A DNA stretch of 64,000 nucleotides from an uncultured virus (IMG/VR IMGVR_UViG_3300017991_000054) (IMGVR_UViG_3300017991_000054); one strand, 5' to 3'; shown: positions 7,821 to 16,621, numbered from the stretch's first letter. Made by a program: numbers and translations. The notes: generated by a model not told the origin, from the sequence alone.

Positions 7821-7969
7821 TAATTCGGGGACGCAAACGTACTTCCAGTGTTATATAGGTTCGAATCCTATATATGGCTCCAAACTGCCATATTAGCCCA
7901 ATCGGTTGAGGCGACAGTTTTAGGAACTGTTAAACAAATACAAAAGTACATTTACCCTACCCCGAATTA
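7821..7969 (+). ncRNA. Y-RNA-like element D: circularly permuted tRNA-Leu(TAG)
   Basis: TAATTCGGGG-ACGC...ACCCTA-CCCCGAATTA; order is T arm, ATATGGC-T-CCA, AACT, GCCATAT, D arm, ACAGT-TT-TAG-GA-ACTGT. Confidence 0.8.
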
Positions 7970-7984
7970 ACTTAAAAACAATTT

Positions 7985-8097
7985 TGTGGGGACGAATAAG
8001 TTATTACAGATAAATTGAGCGTTGGGAGACGCTGCCAAAGTCACCTACCAGGTGATTTACTTCATCCCTCTAAAAATAACTTATACATTACCCCACA
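7985..8097 (+). ncRNA. Y-RNA-like element E: conserved stem with a two-hairpin payload
   Basis: TGTGGGG-ACGA-ATAAGTTATT...AATAACTTAT-ACATTA-CCCCACA. Confidence 0.7.
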
Positions 8098-8124
8098 CAC
8101 AATCTATAAAGGAGGTGGAACAGA

Positions 8125-8757
8125 ATGTTGAGTCCTGGTTTGTTTATGATCCGAAAGCCCGATATCCCGTTGTTTGTGTGGAAAGAAACCCCACACTTTT
8201 TCAAATTCAAGTTCTTCGATAAACCTGTAAACATCAAAAAGAGTCGGATTAGGAACGCCAGTACACTCTACGTTCATGTTTCAGCGCAACGAGGAAACTA
8301 CCAGGGAGCCCTTTCTATATCTGCGGATACGGAAAAGAGGTTTGAATTCATTAACGCAAAAGAAAGAGACATGGTTCAAGAATATAGAATCGAAGGTCGA
8401 AAATTTCCAGCGGAGGAGGCTAACATGTTTTCGAATTTCAAAGTAACAAGCATTGACCTCAGACAGGTCGACGACGTGGCTATTGAAGTAGCTGTCGAAA
8501 AAGTGGCTAAGGAGATTCCTGGGGTGGAAATCGTAACAAAGAGCGATAAAACCTTCATCGTCAAAGATGGTAAATCACAAGAACTGTCAGGTGACGAATT
8601 CAGGAAGGTTGTAGAAAATTACGTGGTTGGTAGCAAGGTGGTAGAGCTCCAAAGAGATTCCAATATGTTCTCTTTGATCAAAATGCTCGGGATCATCGGT
8701 ACCGCAACACTCGAGTTCGCGGGCGACAAGGAGGACAAGTCCAGTATTTTCGGATAA
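8125..8757 (+). CDS. Hypothetical protein, first gene after the ncRNA array
   Basis: AAGGAGG RBS, 210 aa. Confidence 0.75.
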   Translation: MLSPGLFMIRKPDIPLFVWKETPHFFKFKFFDKPVNIKKSRIRNASTLYVHVSAQRGNYQGALSISADTEKRFEFINAKERDMVQEYRIEGRKFPAEEANMFSNFKVTSIDLRQVDDVAIEVAVEKVAKEIPGVEIVTKSDKTFIVKDGKSQELSGDEFRKVVENYVVGSKVVELQRDSNMFSLIKMLGIIGTATLEFAGDKEDKSSIFG

Positions 8758-8779
8758 CTTGACCTCTCAAGGATAACCT

Positions 8780-8817
8780 TGGCGCCCGATCTCACACAGG
8801 TCGGGCGCTATTTTTTT
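8780..8817 (+). terminator. Rho-independent terminator/attenuator
   Basis: GGCGCCCGATCT...AGGTCGGGCGCT then ATTTTTTT. Confidence 0.65.
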
Positions 8818-8848
8818 GGTAACGGGACGCTGTGAAAGGAGAAGAGTC

Positions 8849-10426
8849 ATGATCACAAACCTACCCGAAGAGTCAAGAGTTAGTCTTGACCACATTGACG
8901 AAAAAGCTATGGCTCCGCTTGCAAGAGACGTTCTTGCACTTCTCAACCTTTCAGGTGTTGACATGGGAAGAGAAACCCATTACAACACAAAAGAAGAACA
9001 GGAGAAAGCGAGAACGGAACTCCACAGAGCGGTATTCGAAAGAGACAGAAGTATCTATGGGTGTATGTTTTGTCTCCCTGGTACAACTGACTTCTCAAAA
9101 CAAAAAGCGGTAACTGCGTTGCTATCGAATCGTTGGGATGATAAACCCGCTACCTTGACCATTGACCATGAGAATAAGATGATCCAACATATGCTCAGAG
9201 AAATGCAAGCAAACAGGATGATCAACCTTTTCGTGGACTTTGACGAGAAACAGATTAACAACTCAAGGACAAGAAAGGTGGTTCTGAGGAGCCTCATTGA
9301 CTCCAAGTCCTTCGATTTGTGGTCTGTTAAGTATAGGAGTAAGATCAAACGAGCTCTTATACACGTCTGGAACAAGAAGACGTCAGGTGTAATTCAAAGC
9401 ATCGTACGCAAGAAAAAAGAAGACCTCACATCGAAAGAGTGGGGAATTCTGAACAGAGCATTTCCAGGATCTCGCACTGCTGCAGATGGTGAAACGATTT
9501 TGGAATGTGTAAAGTTCATCTTTGGCGCCTGTGATAATCCAAAACTTCCAATTCACAGAGCTTTCCATGAAGCAAAACAAGACCTTTCAAAAGGTAAGAG
9601 ATTACCTATGGAAGTTCTCGAAGGTATTCGTGGTCTGTACCATAAGGATGTACCACGCAAGAAACTCTTTGAAATTGTCAAGGATAACTTAACAACAAAA
9701 CAAAAGAGGTTGGTACAAAAGTCTGCGAAAAAAGCAGGAGTTAAGGTGGACTTTGACCCAATGAGGTATCCAATGACCGACCTGTATATCTATGCGTTTG
9801 AGATGGGTTGGACAAAGGAAATCGCAAGGGCGCTTGGAATTAAGGCGAAAAAAGCTGCTTCTACTCTCCCATTCAAGTTTGGACATGTTGGAGTACTACT
9901 TGATAACTCCCAGTCCATGAGAGGGTCAGACGAGCAAAAACTTCGTCCTATGGCTACTGCACTTGCTACAAAGGACTTGATTGCTTGCACGGGGGACAAA
10001 CATACCATCGTTACAGCAACAATGGATTCGGTCCCTGAAATCGGAGCAATGACAAGACCAAGAGGTCCAAGTGATCTCGCAGGTCCTTTCTTGGAGCTTT
10101 TGAAGGCGGAACCTGATAGTATTTTCATTATCTCTGATGGATATGAGAATGCTCCAGAAGGTCGTCTTTCTGAAGTACTTCAACTAGCAAGACATGTCGG
10201 GATTCAAATACCGGTATACCATATTAACCCTGTATCCGCTTCAGAGAGCAAACTGGGTATTAGAGTTCTTGACGACTCAATTCCAGTTATGCCAATCAAC
10301 AAACCCGAAGCGATTGGATTGACACTATTCAAAGCTATGCTCGAAACTGACCCAAGACGAGGTCTTGAGAGTCTAGTGGGAATGGCGCTTCCAATACTTG
10401 AGAAACAAAAGGAGGTGACTGCATAA
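8849..10426 (+). CDS. Helical-repeat + C-terminal vWA protein (Ro60/TROVE-like architecture)
   Basis: Basic alpha-helical N-terminal region; MIDAS VLLDNSQSM, IFIISDGYEN; ~525 aa; AAGGAG before ATG 8849. Confidence 0.6.
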   Translation: MITNLPEESRVSLDHIDEKAMAPLARDVLALLNLSGVDMGRETHYNTKEEQEKARTELHRAVFERDRSIYGCMFCLPGTTDFSKQKAVTALLSNRWDDKPATLTIDHENKMIQHMLREMQANRMINLFVDFDEKQINNSRTRKVVLRSLIDSKSFDLWSVKYRSKIKRALIHVWNKKTSGVIQSIVRKKKEDLTSKEWGILNRAFPGSRTAADGETILECVKFIFGACDNPKLPIHRAFHEAKQDLSKGKRLPMEVLEGIRGLYHKDVPRKKLFEIVKDNLTTKQKRLVQKSAKKAGVKVDFDPMRYPMTDLYIYAFEMGWTKEIARALGIKAKKAASTLPFKFGHVGVLLDNSQSMRGSDEQKLRPMATALATKDLIACTGDKHTIVTATMDSVPEIGAMTRPRGPSDLAGPFLELLKAEPDSIFIISDGYENAPEGRLSEVLQLARHVGIQIPVYHINPVSASESKLGIRVLDDSIPVMPINKPEAIGLTLFKAMLETDPRRGLESLVGMALPILEKQKEVTA

Positions 10427-11442
10427 TGAACAGCATCACAATGGCTGAGATTCTCAGAGGAGTTACACCAGGTAGGATGCAATCAGTAGGTTACATGCAG
10501 ATCATCCCCTTGGTAACAGAACTCGTAGACGAACGTTTCATTCCACCAACTGGAATATACTCCAGTACAAGTGATTATGGAACGGTCAATATAGAAAACA
10601 GAGGATCTGGAATGACGATTCTTCCTATGGGAACTGGATATGTGGTAAAGCAAGCTGCTCAAAACCATGCGATTCCAACTGCGAAGCTGGTGAAAGCTGG
10701 TGAAAGAGCAACGATTAACACCGCTGCTTGCATCCAATCCAGTCAAGGTGGGACAATTCGTGCAGGACAGCATCCTATGACCATCATTCCTTGGGCTTTG
10801 AAAGAAGCTGCAATTATGACAAGGAATCGTAGACAATATCAAAAACTATGGGGAGCAATTGAAGAGTTCAATAAGCGTCTTGGGTTAATGTCTCGTGGAC
10901 ATCTTGAGTTGTATCTTGAGAAGTTCAAAGACGACCTTGACAACTTCATTGCTCAATTCGAGGTTGTTCCAAACCAAGTTGGCGCAATTGTTCTTTTGAA
11001 TGGTTACGTCATGGGCGTAGAACGAGCTCCAAACTACGAATACTGGAAAGCGATCTGGAAACCGCTAATTCGTGAATGTTATGGATCTCTGTCCCTACAA
11101 TTTGCGAAGGAAGCAGGACCAAATCCGCCACTTCCAAAAACAAGGGTACCCTTGAAGCGTGCAGGAATTGATACCCTCAAAGACGTCGAAAAAGCCTACA
11201 CCGAAGCTAAAGGTATGGAAGACGACGTAATCAGGGGAACTATCCGAAAGTTTATCAAGGAGAAATTCAAGAGATCCCACGAGGAGAAATCCGGGTCAAT
11301 TGAAGTTGAAACCTTGGAACATAAACAATTCAAGGGTCAGGTTGTCCGCGACAACGACAAGATTCTATACGCCAGTTTCGTGACAACATCGTCATGGAAC
11401 CAGAATCATGATTGGTATGAAGCGGATGAATTTCGAATCTAA
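10426..11442 (+). CDS. ARPP/DUF6569-like protein, translationally coupled to the vWA gene
   Basis: TAATG overlap; MQIIPL...AQNH...AACIQSSQGG...QVGAIVLLNG..MGVE pattern (recognised by eye). Confidence 0.5.
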   Translation: MNSITMAEILRGVTPGRMQSVGYMQIIPLVTELVDERFIPPTGIYSSTSDYGTVNIENRGSGMTILPMGTGYVVKQAAQNHAIPTAKLVKAGERATINTAACIQSSQGGTIRAGQHPMTIIPWALKEAAIMTRNRRQYQKLWGAIEEFNKRLGLMSRGHLELYLEKFKDDLDNFIAQFEVVPNQVGAIVLLNGYVMGVERAPNYEYWKAIWKPLIRECYGSLSLQFAKEAGPNPPLPKTRVPLKRAGIDTLKDVEKAYTEAKGMEDDVIRGTIRKFIKEKFKRSHEEKSGSIEVETLEHKQFKGQVVRDNDKILYASFVTTSSWNQNHDWYEADEFRI

Positions 11443-11504
11443 ATTGAGGGTCTGTCGATAGTCCTCGAAGAGTATCGACAGACCTTTCTCAATTCAAAGA
11501 AAGG

Positions 11505-12083
11505 ATGATTATGGAGAAACCATATGTCGTAAACTTGTTTGCTGGTCCAGGAACCGGAAAGTCAACAACAGCGGCTGGGATCTTTTCTCTACTAAAACTG
11601 CATGGAGTCAATTGCGAGTATGTTCCGGAATTCGCAAAGGACCTCACATGGGAACAAAGGTTTATGACTCTAGCAAATCAGATCTATGTATTTGGCAAAC
11701 AACATCATAGGCTTTGGCGATTGAAAGATCAAGTCGACGTGATCGTAACCGATTCGCCACTATTACATAGTCTGGTTTACGGAGTATTCGATTTGGAAAT
11801 GGTACAAGTAATTATGAAGCAGGTTCATGAATTCAGTAACTTGAACTATTTCTTGAAGAGGATGAAACCTTATAACCCAAAGGGTCGAAATCAGACCCTA
11901 GATGAAGCAAAAGCCCTAGACGGAAAAATTAGAGCAATGTTGATTGGTCATCAAATAGATTTTGAAGAAATCAATGGTACTTGCGAAGCTATCAACGTTA
12001 TTACAAACATGGTATTGGACAGTTTAGGTTTAAAACAAACCTATCAGGTTATTCCTTATACTCAAGTGGGTATGTACGAATAA
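11505..12083 (+). CDS. P-loop kinase/ATPase (NadR/AAA_28-like)
   Basis: NLFAGPGTGKST Walker A, EYVPEFAK, VIVTDSPL. Confidence 0.75.
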   Translation: MIMEKPYVVNLFAGPGTGKSTTAAGIFSLLKLHGVNCEYVPEFAKDLTWEQRFMTLANQIYVFGKQHHRLWRLKDQVDVIVTDSPLLHSLVYGVFDLEMVQVIMKQVHEFSNLNYFLKRMKPYNPKGRNQTLDEAKALDGKIRAMLIGHQIDFEEINGTCEAINVITNMVLDSLGLKQTYQVIPYTQVGMYE

Positions 12084-12124
12084 GTCTGCGATTGTCAGGA
12101 GGCGGCTAACTCTTGACAAAAGCT

Positions 12125-12176
12125 GAGTGGGGGAATATATTTGCCGGTATGTTCCCCTACTCTTTTTATTTTTTTG
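12125..12176 (+). terminator. Rho-independent terminator
   Basis: GAGTGGGGGAATAT...GTATGTTCCCCTACTC then T-run. Confidence 0.65.
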
Positions 12177-12215
12177 TTTCATTTTTTAGGTTTTAGAACA
12201 AATATAAAATCATGA

Positions 12216-12289
12216 AGCCCCTTAGTAGAATGGTATCACATCTCTCTTACAAGGAGAAGAACTCGGTTCGATTCCGAGAGGGGCTACCA
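12216..12289 (+). tRNA. tRNA-Val(TAC)
   Basis: AGCCCCT/AGGGGCT, TCTCT-CT-TAC-AA-GGAGA, CCA. Confidence 0.85.
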
Positions 12290-12302
12290 ACGAAAATTGA
12301 AT

Positions 12303-12375
12303 GCGGAGATGGTGTAACTGGTAGCATGCGTAGCTCCCAGCTACGAGGTGGGGTTCGATTCCCTGATCCGCTCCA
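12303..12375 (+). tRNA. tRNA-Gly(CCC), imperfect acceptor/T junction
   Basis: GCGGA/TCCGC-T-CCA, CGTAG-CT-CCC-AG-CTACG. Confidence 0.7.
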
Positions 12376-12386
12376 AGGAGAATAAA

Positions 12387-12587
12387 ATGAGAATTGTTCG
12401 TGAATTGAGATTTAAGTTATTCCTTGGTTCTACGACTGAGGAAATTGAAGAAAAGGTGAACGAATTTCTCGTAAAGAAAGAAATGTGTCCTGGTAATTAT
12501 GTGACGCATGAACTTGATAAACTGGGTGATGTTTACCAATTAGCTTTCTTTTACGCGGAAGTAAGATTTATTGATGATAACCAATAA
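12387..12587 (+). CDS. Hypothetical protein
   Basis: AAGGAG before ATG (MRIVRELRF...). Confidence 0.6.
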   Translation: MRIVRELRFKLFLGSTTEEIEEKVNEFLVKKEMCPGNYVTHELDKLGDVYQLAFFYAEVRFIDDNQ

Positions 12588-12663
12588 GCGGGCATGATGT
12601 TTAATGGTAGCATGAAAGATTTCCAATCTTTTCGTGGGGGTTCGACTCCCCCTGTCCGCTCCA
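12588..12663 (+). tRNA. tRNA-Gly(TCC)
   Basis: GCGGGCA/TGTCCGC, AAAGA-TT-TCC-AA-TCTTT, CCA. Confidence 0.9.
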
Positions 12664-12673
12664 AAGGAGACTC

Positions 12674-13174
12674 ATGAAAGACTGGTTATATTCGAATATA
12701 TGGAGACCTTTTAAATACGGAGTTAAAAATCTTGTTAAATGGTTTCCTGTTATTTGGTGCGACCGAGATTGGGATTACTGGTTCATCTATAAAATCTTAC
12801 AAAAGAAACTAGACAACACATCAAAATTTTTAAAGAAACATGGTTGTCATAAAGACGCATTAAAAGATTCTGAAAAGATTGACAAGTGTGTATTTGCTCT
12901 AAACAGACTTTTAAGAGATGAATATCACGAGATGGTATTCAAACATCATGATAGAAAATGGGGTGAAATTAAGATGGAGTCAAAACCATCTAAAAGTCAT
13001 CCAGGTCTATATGAATTAGATCTTTCAAGACCAAACGCCAACACACCAGAGTTACGACAAAAAGAACGTGAAGAATTTCGAAGATGTTCAAATCATCAAG
13101 AGTATATGGTAAAACAAGATAACGAATTTTTATTTGATACAATGAAACGTTATATTCGAACATGGTGGGATTAA
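12674..13174 (+). CDS. Hypothetical phage protein
   Basis: RBS; WFPVIWCDRDWDY...WWD pattern; 166 aa. Confidence 0.7.
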   Translation: MKDWLYSNIWRPFKYGVKNLVKWFPVIWCDRDWDYWFIYKILQKKLDNTSKFLKKHGCHKDALKDSEKIDKCVFALNRLLRDEYHEMVFKHHDRKWGEIKMESKPSKSHPGLYELDLSRPNANTPELRQKEREEFRRCSNHQEYMVKQDNEFLFDTMKRYIRTWWD

Positions 13175-13455
13175 TGGTTGAAAAATTTGTATGTACCAAA
13201 TGCAAAGGTGACAAGTGGATAATTGAGAATGAAAAACTCAAACTCTGTCCAAAATGTTTAGGTGATGGAGAAGTTGATTGGGTTTCAAATGTCACAGGGG
13301 TGAAATTACCTTGGGGTGAAGAATCAAGAAGAATATGTGATGTCTTAATAGAAGAAGGGAAACGAATTCATGGAATTGTCTCTAGGACCGGGGGAAATGG
13401 TTTGTCCCAAATGCCACGGGGAAGGAAAACCGAACAAGTATATAAATGGTATTAA
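13174..13455 (+). CDS. Zn-finger (CxxCxG) protein, paralog 1
   Basis: CTKCKG...CPKCLGDGEVDWVSNVTG. Confidence 0.55.
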   Translation: MVEKFVCTKCKGDKWIIENEKLKLCPKCLGDGEVDWVSNVTGVKLPWGEESRRICDVLIEEGKRIHGIVSRTGGNGLSQMPRGRKTEQVYKWY

Positions 13456-13645
13456 AGTTATTACTAATTTGTCGGTTTGTCAAAAGTGTTTTGGTACAGG
13501 AAAGTTAGATTTTGTTGAGAATGTCGTAGGGAAGAAACGAGACTTCTCCAACTACGATTCAACTTCAGGAATGTATTATATGTTTCGATACACATCAATG
13601 ATTAAGGACGAAGTTCATAGAGTGTTTAATTGCAATATAACTTAA
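13370..13645 (+). CDS. Zn-finger (CxxCxGxG) protein, paralog 2
   Basis: LGPGEMVCPKCHGEG...CQKCFGTGKLDFVENVVG. Confidence 0.65.
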   Translation: MELSLGPGEMVCPKCHGEGKPNKYINGIKVITNLSVCQKCFGTGKLDFVENVVGKKRDFSNYDSTSGMYYMFRYTSMIKDEVHRVFNCNIT

Positions 13646-13655
13646 AGGATTCTAA

Positions 13656-13913
13656 ATGAAACTCGGACCAGGTGAAATGATTTGCCCAAAATGTGATGGT
13701 GAACCTGTCTTTAAAAAAGATGGAGCTATGGCGGTTTGTGGTAAATGTTGGGGATCTGGAAAACTCGATTTCGTAGAGAATGTTGTTGGAAAAAAGAAAC
13801 CATTTTCTTTTGATGATTGTATGGATCAGATGGCTGAACATTTCTGCAAAGAGATCGACAGAGAAATCTTAGAACACATTTATATTGGTTTATCAACTTC
13901 TAAGCGGGTGTAG
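13656..13913 (+). CDS. Zn-finger (CxxCxGxG) protein, paralog 3
   Basis: LGPGEMICPKCDGE...CGKCWGSGKLDFVENVVG. Confidence 0.65.
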   Translation: MKLGPGEMICPKCDGEPVFKKDGAMAVCGKCWGSGKLDFVENVVGKKKPFSFDDCMDQMAEHFCKEIDREILEHIYIGLSTSKRV

Positions 13914-13979
13914 CTCACTTGGTAGAGCGCTACCTTGCCAAGGTAGAGGTAAGGGGATCGTAACCCCTCACCCGCTCCA
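13904..13979 (+). tRNA. tRNA-Gly(GCC)
   Basis: GCGGGTG/CACCCGC, CTACC-TT-GCC-AA-GGTAG, CCA; atypical T-loop ATCGTAA. Confidence 0.9.
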
Positions 13980-14000
13980 CTTCCAGAAAGAGGTTCTTAT

Positions 14001-14285
14001 ATGCGATTTGATGATGCTGAGATTGTATATGGTAAACGCAAACGTTGGATAGTAAAAAGACCTAAGGAATGGAAAACAGAAAAGATTTGCAAAGAAAAAT
14101 TAGATGACCAAATTGTAACATTAAGGGATGTGCAATATAAAGTCATTAAAGTAACACCAGCGCAAAGAATGATTAATAATGATCCAAATAACATTGGTAT
14201 TGGAAAACATATACTAATTGAGGTAAGGGATCTAGAAGATGCTCAGACCGAAATGGACGCACCACAATGTGCAGCAGCAGTGTGA
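14001..14285 (+). CDS. Hypothetical protein
   Basis: GAGG RBS, 94 aa. Confidence 0.55.
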   Translation: MRFDDAEIVYGKRKRWIVKRPKEWKTEKICKEKLDDQIVTLRDVQYKVIKVTPAQRMINNDPNNIGIGKHILIEVRDLEDAQTEMDAPQCAAAV

Positions 14286-14481
14286 TCAAGCAAATCTAGT
14301 TGACGAAAGCTGTATATATGGTGCGTGGTATGAAGGAGTATGTTATTGTCAAGAAGAAACTTGCCCAGGATTGAGATGTCCTTACAAGTATAGAACTTAT
14401 GAAATGGTAGAAGTAGATATCTCTGAAATAATCAACCCTAAACTTGAACCACTAACGAAAGATTTTGACAATGACTTTTAA
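14239..14481 (+). CDS. Cys-rich hypothetical protein
   Basis: 80 aa, six Cys. Confidence 0.45.
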   Translation: MLRPKWTHHNVQQQCDQANLVDESCIYGAWYEGVCYCQEETCPGLRCPYKYRTYEMVEVDISEIINPKLEPLTKDFDNDF

Positions 14482-14887
14482 AGTGAGACTTCAACGTGAT
14501 TTTAAAACAGAAGAGGAGTGGGAAACATACGTGAAAGAATGGCGAGAATATGTCGAATCCGGACAAGCAGAAAGAGATCATGAAAGATACATTGATCATG
14601 AAAGATATAACCTTGACATTTGGAATAAAAAACAACAAACTCAGGAATCAGACTTATTGTTAACGTTTGATATTTTGAGGAGTGGAATTTCAATAATAGA
14701 TTTATTTGAAAAAGCTGGTTTGGTCGAGACCAGAAGTGAAATGAGAAGACTGATTAAACAGGGAGGGGCTTACATAAATGGAAAACGTATTGAGGATATA
14801 CATTGTGTTGTAGACCTCAATACAGTAGAACAAGATTTTACAATCTCAGCGGGAAAAAAGCGAAGAAAGCAGGTAAGTGTAATATGA
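14471..14887 (+). CDS. Protein with C-terminal S4 RNA-binding domain resembling the tyrosyl-tRNA synthetase C-terminus
   Basis: GISIIDLFEKAGLVETRSEMRRLIKQGGAYING...ISAGKK. Confidence 0.75.
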   Translation: MTFKVRLQRDFKTEEEWETYVKEWREYVESGQAERDHERYIDHERYNLDIWNKKQQTQESDLLLTFDILRSGISIIDLFEKAGLVETRSEMRRLIKQGGAYINGKRIEDIHCVVDLNTVEQDFTISAGKKRRKQVSVI

Positions 14888-15354
14888 GAAAACGGGACAT
14901 AAAGAAAGAGGTATTTCGAAATCATTTTTTGTCAACTCCTGAAGTTGCGGAAATGGTGGGTGTTTTTCATACTACTATAAGACGGTGGGTAGAAAAGGGA
15001 AAGATTAAAGGAATTCGAGTTGGTAGAAATTATAAAATTCCGATAATGGAAGCAATTCGATTTCTAAAGGAACATGATATTCCTTTACCCGATTCCTTAC
15101 ATCGACTAACAAGATATAAACATGAGAAGAAAGGAATTCACTTTTTTCTCGACGAAAGACAAGCAAAAAAATATCACTCATGGAAAGAAAAACATGATAC
15201 ATATTGTCCATTAACAAATGGACGAGATGGAGCGATAGGTGGTAGAACTACATTTACCTTCACACCAACAGGACTTGGAGAGGTAGTTACAGCAAGATGT
15301 GGATGTAAAGAAGGTGAATATAAAGTAGATCTATCATTTTCAGAAGATTGGTAA
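14884..15354 (+). CDS. Excisionase/MerR-like HTH DNA-binding protein
   Basis: FLSTPEVAEMVGVFHTTIRRWVEKGKIKGIRVGRNYKIP. Confidence 0.75.
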   Translation: MRKRDIKKEVFRNHFLSTPEVAEMVGVFHTTIRRWVEKGKIKGIRVGRNYKIPIMEAIRFLKEHDIPLPDSLHRLTRYKHEKKGIHFFLDERQAKKYHSWKEKHDTYCPLTNGRDGAIGGRTTFTFTPTGLGEVVTARCGCKEGEYKVDLSFSEDW

Positions 15355-15357
15355 TAT

Positions 15358-15446
15358 GGGTCGGTCACCTAGTGGCGATGGTACCGGGCTTTTAACCCGG
15401 AGGGACAATAGTCCCCGCGCGAGTTCGAATCTCGCTCGACCCACCA
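15358..15446 (+). tRNA. tRNA-Lys(TTT) with long variable arm
   Basis: GGGTCGG/TCGACCC, CCGGG-CT-TTT-AA-CCCGG, variable stem GGGAC-AATA-GTCCC, CCA. Confidence 0.85.
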
Positions 15447-15463
15447 AATTTTAAGGAGAATAT

Positions 15464-15907
15464 GTGAAATCATTTAAGCGAATAGCACTAGTAGCACATG
15501 ATCAAAGAAAAGAAGATTTAGTAAGCTGGGTTAAATATAATCAAGATGTTTTATCCAGACATCATTTATACGCAACAGGCACAACAGGCAGAACGATATG
15601 TGAAAATACGGGAATAACGGGAAATGTTTTAACAAGATTGTCTAGTGGTCCACTTGGAGGAGATCTCCAATTAGGCGCAATGATAGCTAATGGAGAGTTA
15701 GATATTTTAATCTTTTTCTGGGATCCAATGACAGCTCAACCCCATGACGTAGACGTGAAAGCTTTACTGCGAATATCAGTTGTTCATAATATTCCTGTGG
15801 CGTGTAATAGATCTACAGCAGATTTTATCATATCAAGTCATTTGATTAATGAGCGATATGAGCCTATCATTAAAGATTATACAAAATATCTAAAAAGAGA
15901 CATTTAG
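15464..15907 (+). CDS. mgsA: Methylglyoxal synthase
   Basis: IALVAHD, ATGTTG, SGPLGGD, FFWDP...[20 protein letters not shown]. Confidence 0.95.
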   Translation: MKSFKRIALVAHDQRKEDLVSWVKYNQDVLSRHHLYATGTTGRTICENTGITGNVLTRLSSGPLGGDLQLGAMIANGELDILIFFWDPMTAQPHDVDVKALLRISVVHNIPVACNRSTADFIISSHLINERYEPIIKDYTKYLKRDI

Positions 15908-15985
15908 GGCGTGTGTCCCGAAAGGCTAGGGAACTGGTTGCAACCCAGTATTTTAATGCAGGTTCGACTCCTGTCACGCCCTCCA
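15907..15985 (+). tRNA. tRNA-Cys(GCA)
   Basis: GGGCGTG/CACGCCC, U73, ACTGG-TT-GCA-AC-CCAGT, CCA. Confidence 0.9.
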
Positions 15986-16013
15986 TTTTAACCCTTAAAC
16001 CAGAGAGGTATCT

Positions 16014-16337
16014 ATGAAGGGGAACAAAATACTAGCAATACATTCGGCGGTATTTGTTCTACCTGAGGACTTCAAAGGGGGAATTCGAGAAGCTTTGACA
16101 ACACTTCTTGAATATCACACATTAAAAGAAAAAAGTACTATGTGTCCTTCGACAGACACAATGGGCGAACTAAGTCAAGACCAACTAGACATCCATGGGA
16201 AATTAATGACTAAACAATTGTCGAAATTGTGGAATCCTTCTAATCAGGATCAGAAGTTCTGTGGTAGCATCAGTTTACACCAATGGGTAGAGCAGACCAG
16301 AGACCAATTTGTCCTTGTAAGAACGGAAGAAATATAA
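16014..16337 (+). CDS. Hypothetical protein
   Basis: GAGG RBS, 107 aa. Confidence 0.55.
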   Translation: MKGNKILAIHSAVFVLPEDFKGGIREALTTLLEYHTLKEKSTMCPSTDTMGELSQDQLDIHGKLMTKQLSKLWNPSNQDQKFCGSISLHQWVEQTRDQFVLVRTEEI

Positions 16338-16340
16338 TAA

Positions 16341-16428
16341 GCCTGAGTCGCTTAGTCCGGTCGATAGCACCAGATTTGTAACCTGGCGGAGAAATCCCAC
16401 GGGGGTTCGAATCCCTCCTCAGGCTCCA
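16341..16428 (+). tRNA. tRNA-Thr(TGT) with long variable arm
   Basis: GCCTGAG/CTCAGGC, CCAGA-TT-TGT-AA-CCTGG, variable stem GGA-GAAA-TCC, CCA. Confidence 0.85.
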
Positions 16429-16447
16429 TTTTAAAAGGAGAGTCATT

Positions 16448-16621
16448 ATGGCTTTTGATTATAGAGTAATTGAAATTACATACGAGGACGTTTCTGAGTT
16501 AGAAACAGCCCTTGATACGGAAGGTGCGTCTGATTGGGAATTGATAGATACATATCCTGGACCAATCAACGCAGAGACTGGTGAAGCAAAACTCACCGCA
16601 ATCTTTAAGAAAACCATCTAA
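16448..16621 (+). CDS. Small hypothetical protein (DUF4177-like), 57 aa
   Basis: AAGGAG RBS; MAFDYRVIE...LDTEGASDWELI...AIFKK. Confidence 0.55.
   Translation: MAFDYRVIEITYEDVSELETALDTEGASDWELIDTYPGPINAETGEAKLTAIFKKTI

Noticed and set aside
7312..8097. CRISPR array interpretation of the repeated elements
   Set aside because: No identical direct repeats or uniform spacers; conservation is structural, and no cas genes are visible
8022..8222. 66-aa ORF
   Set aside because: Overlaps ncRNA element E and the RBS-supported 8125 gene
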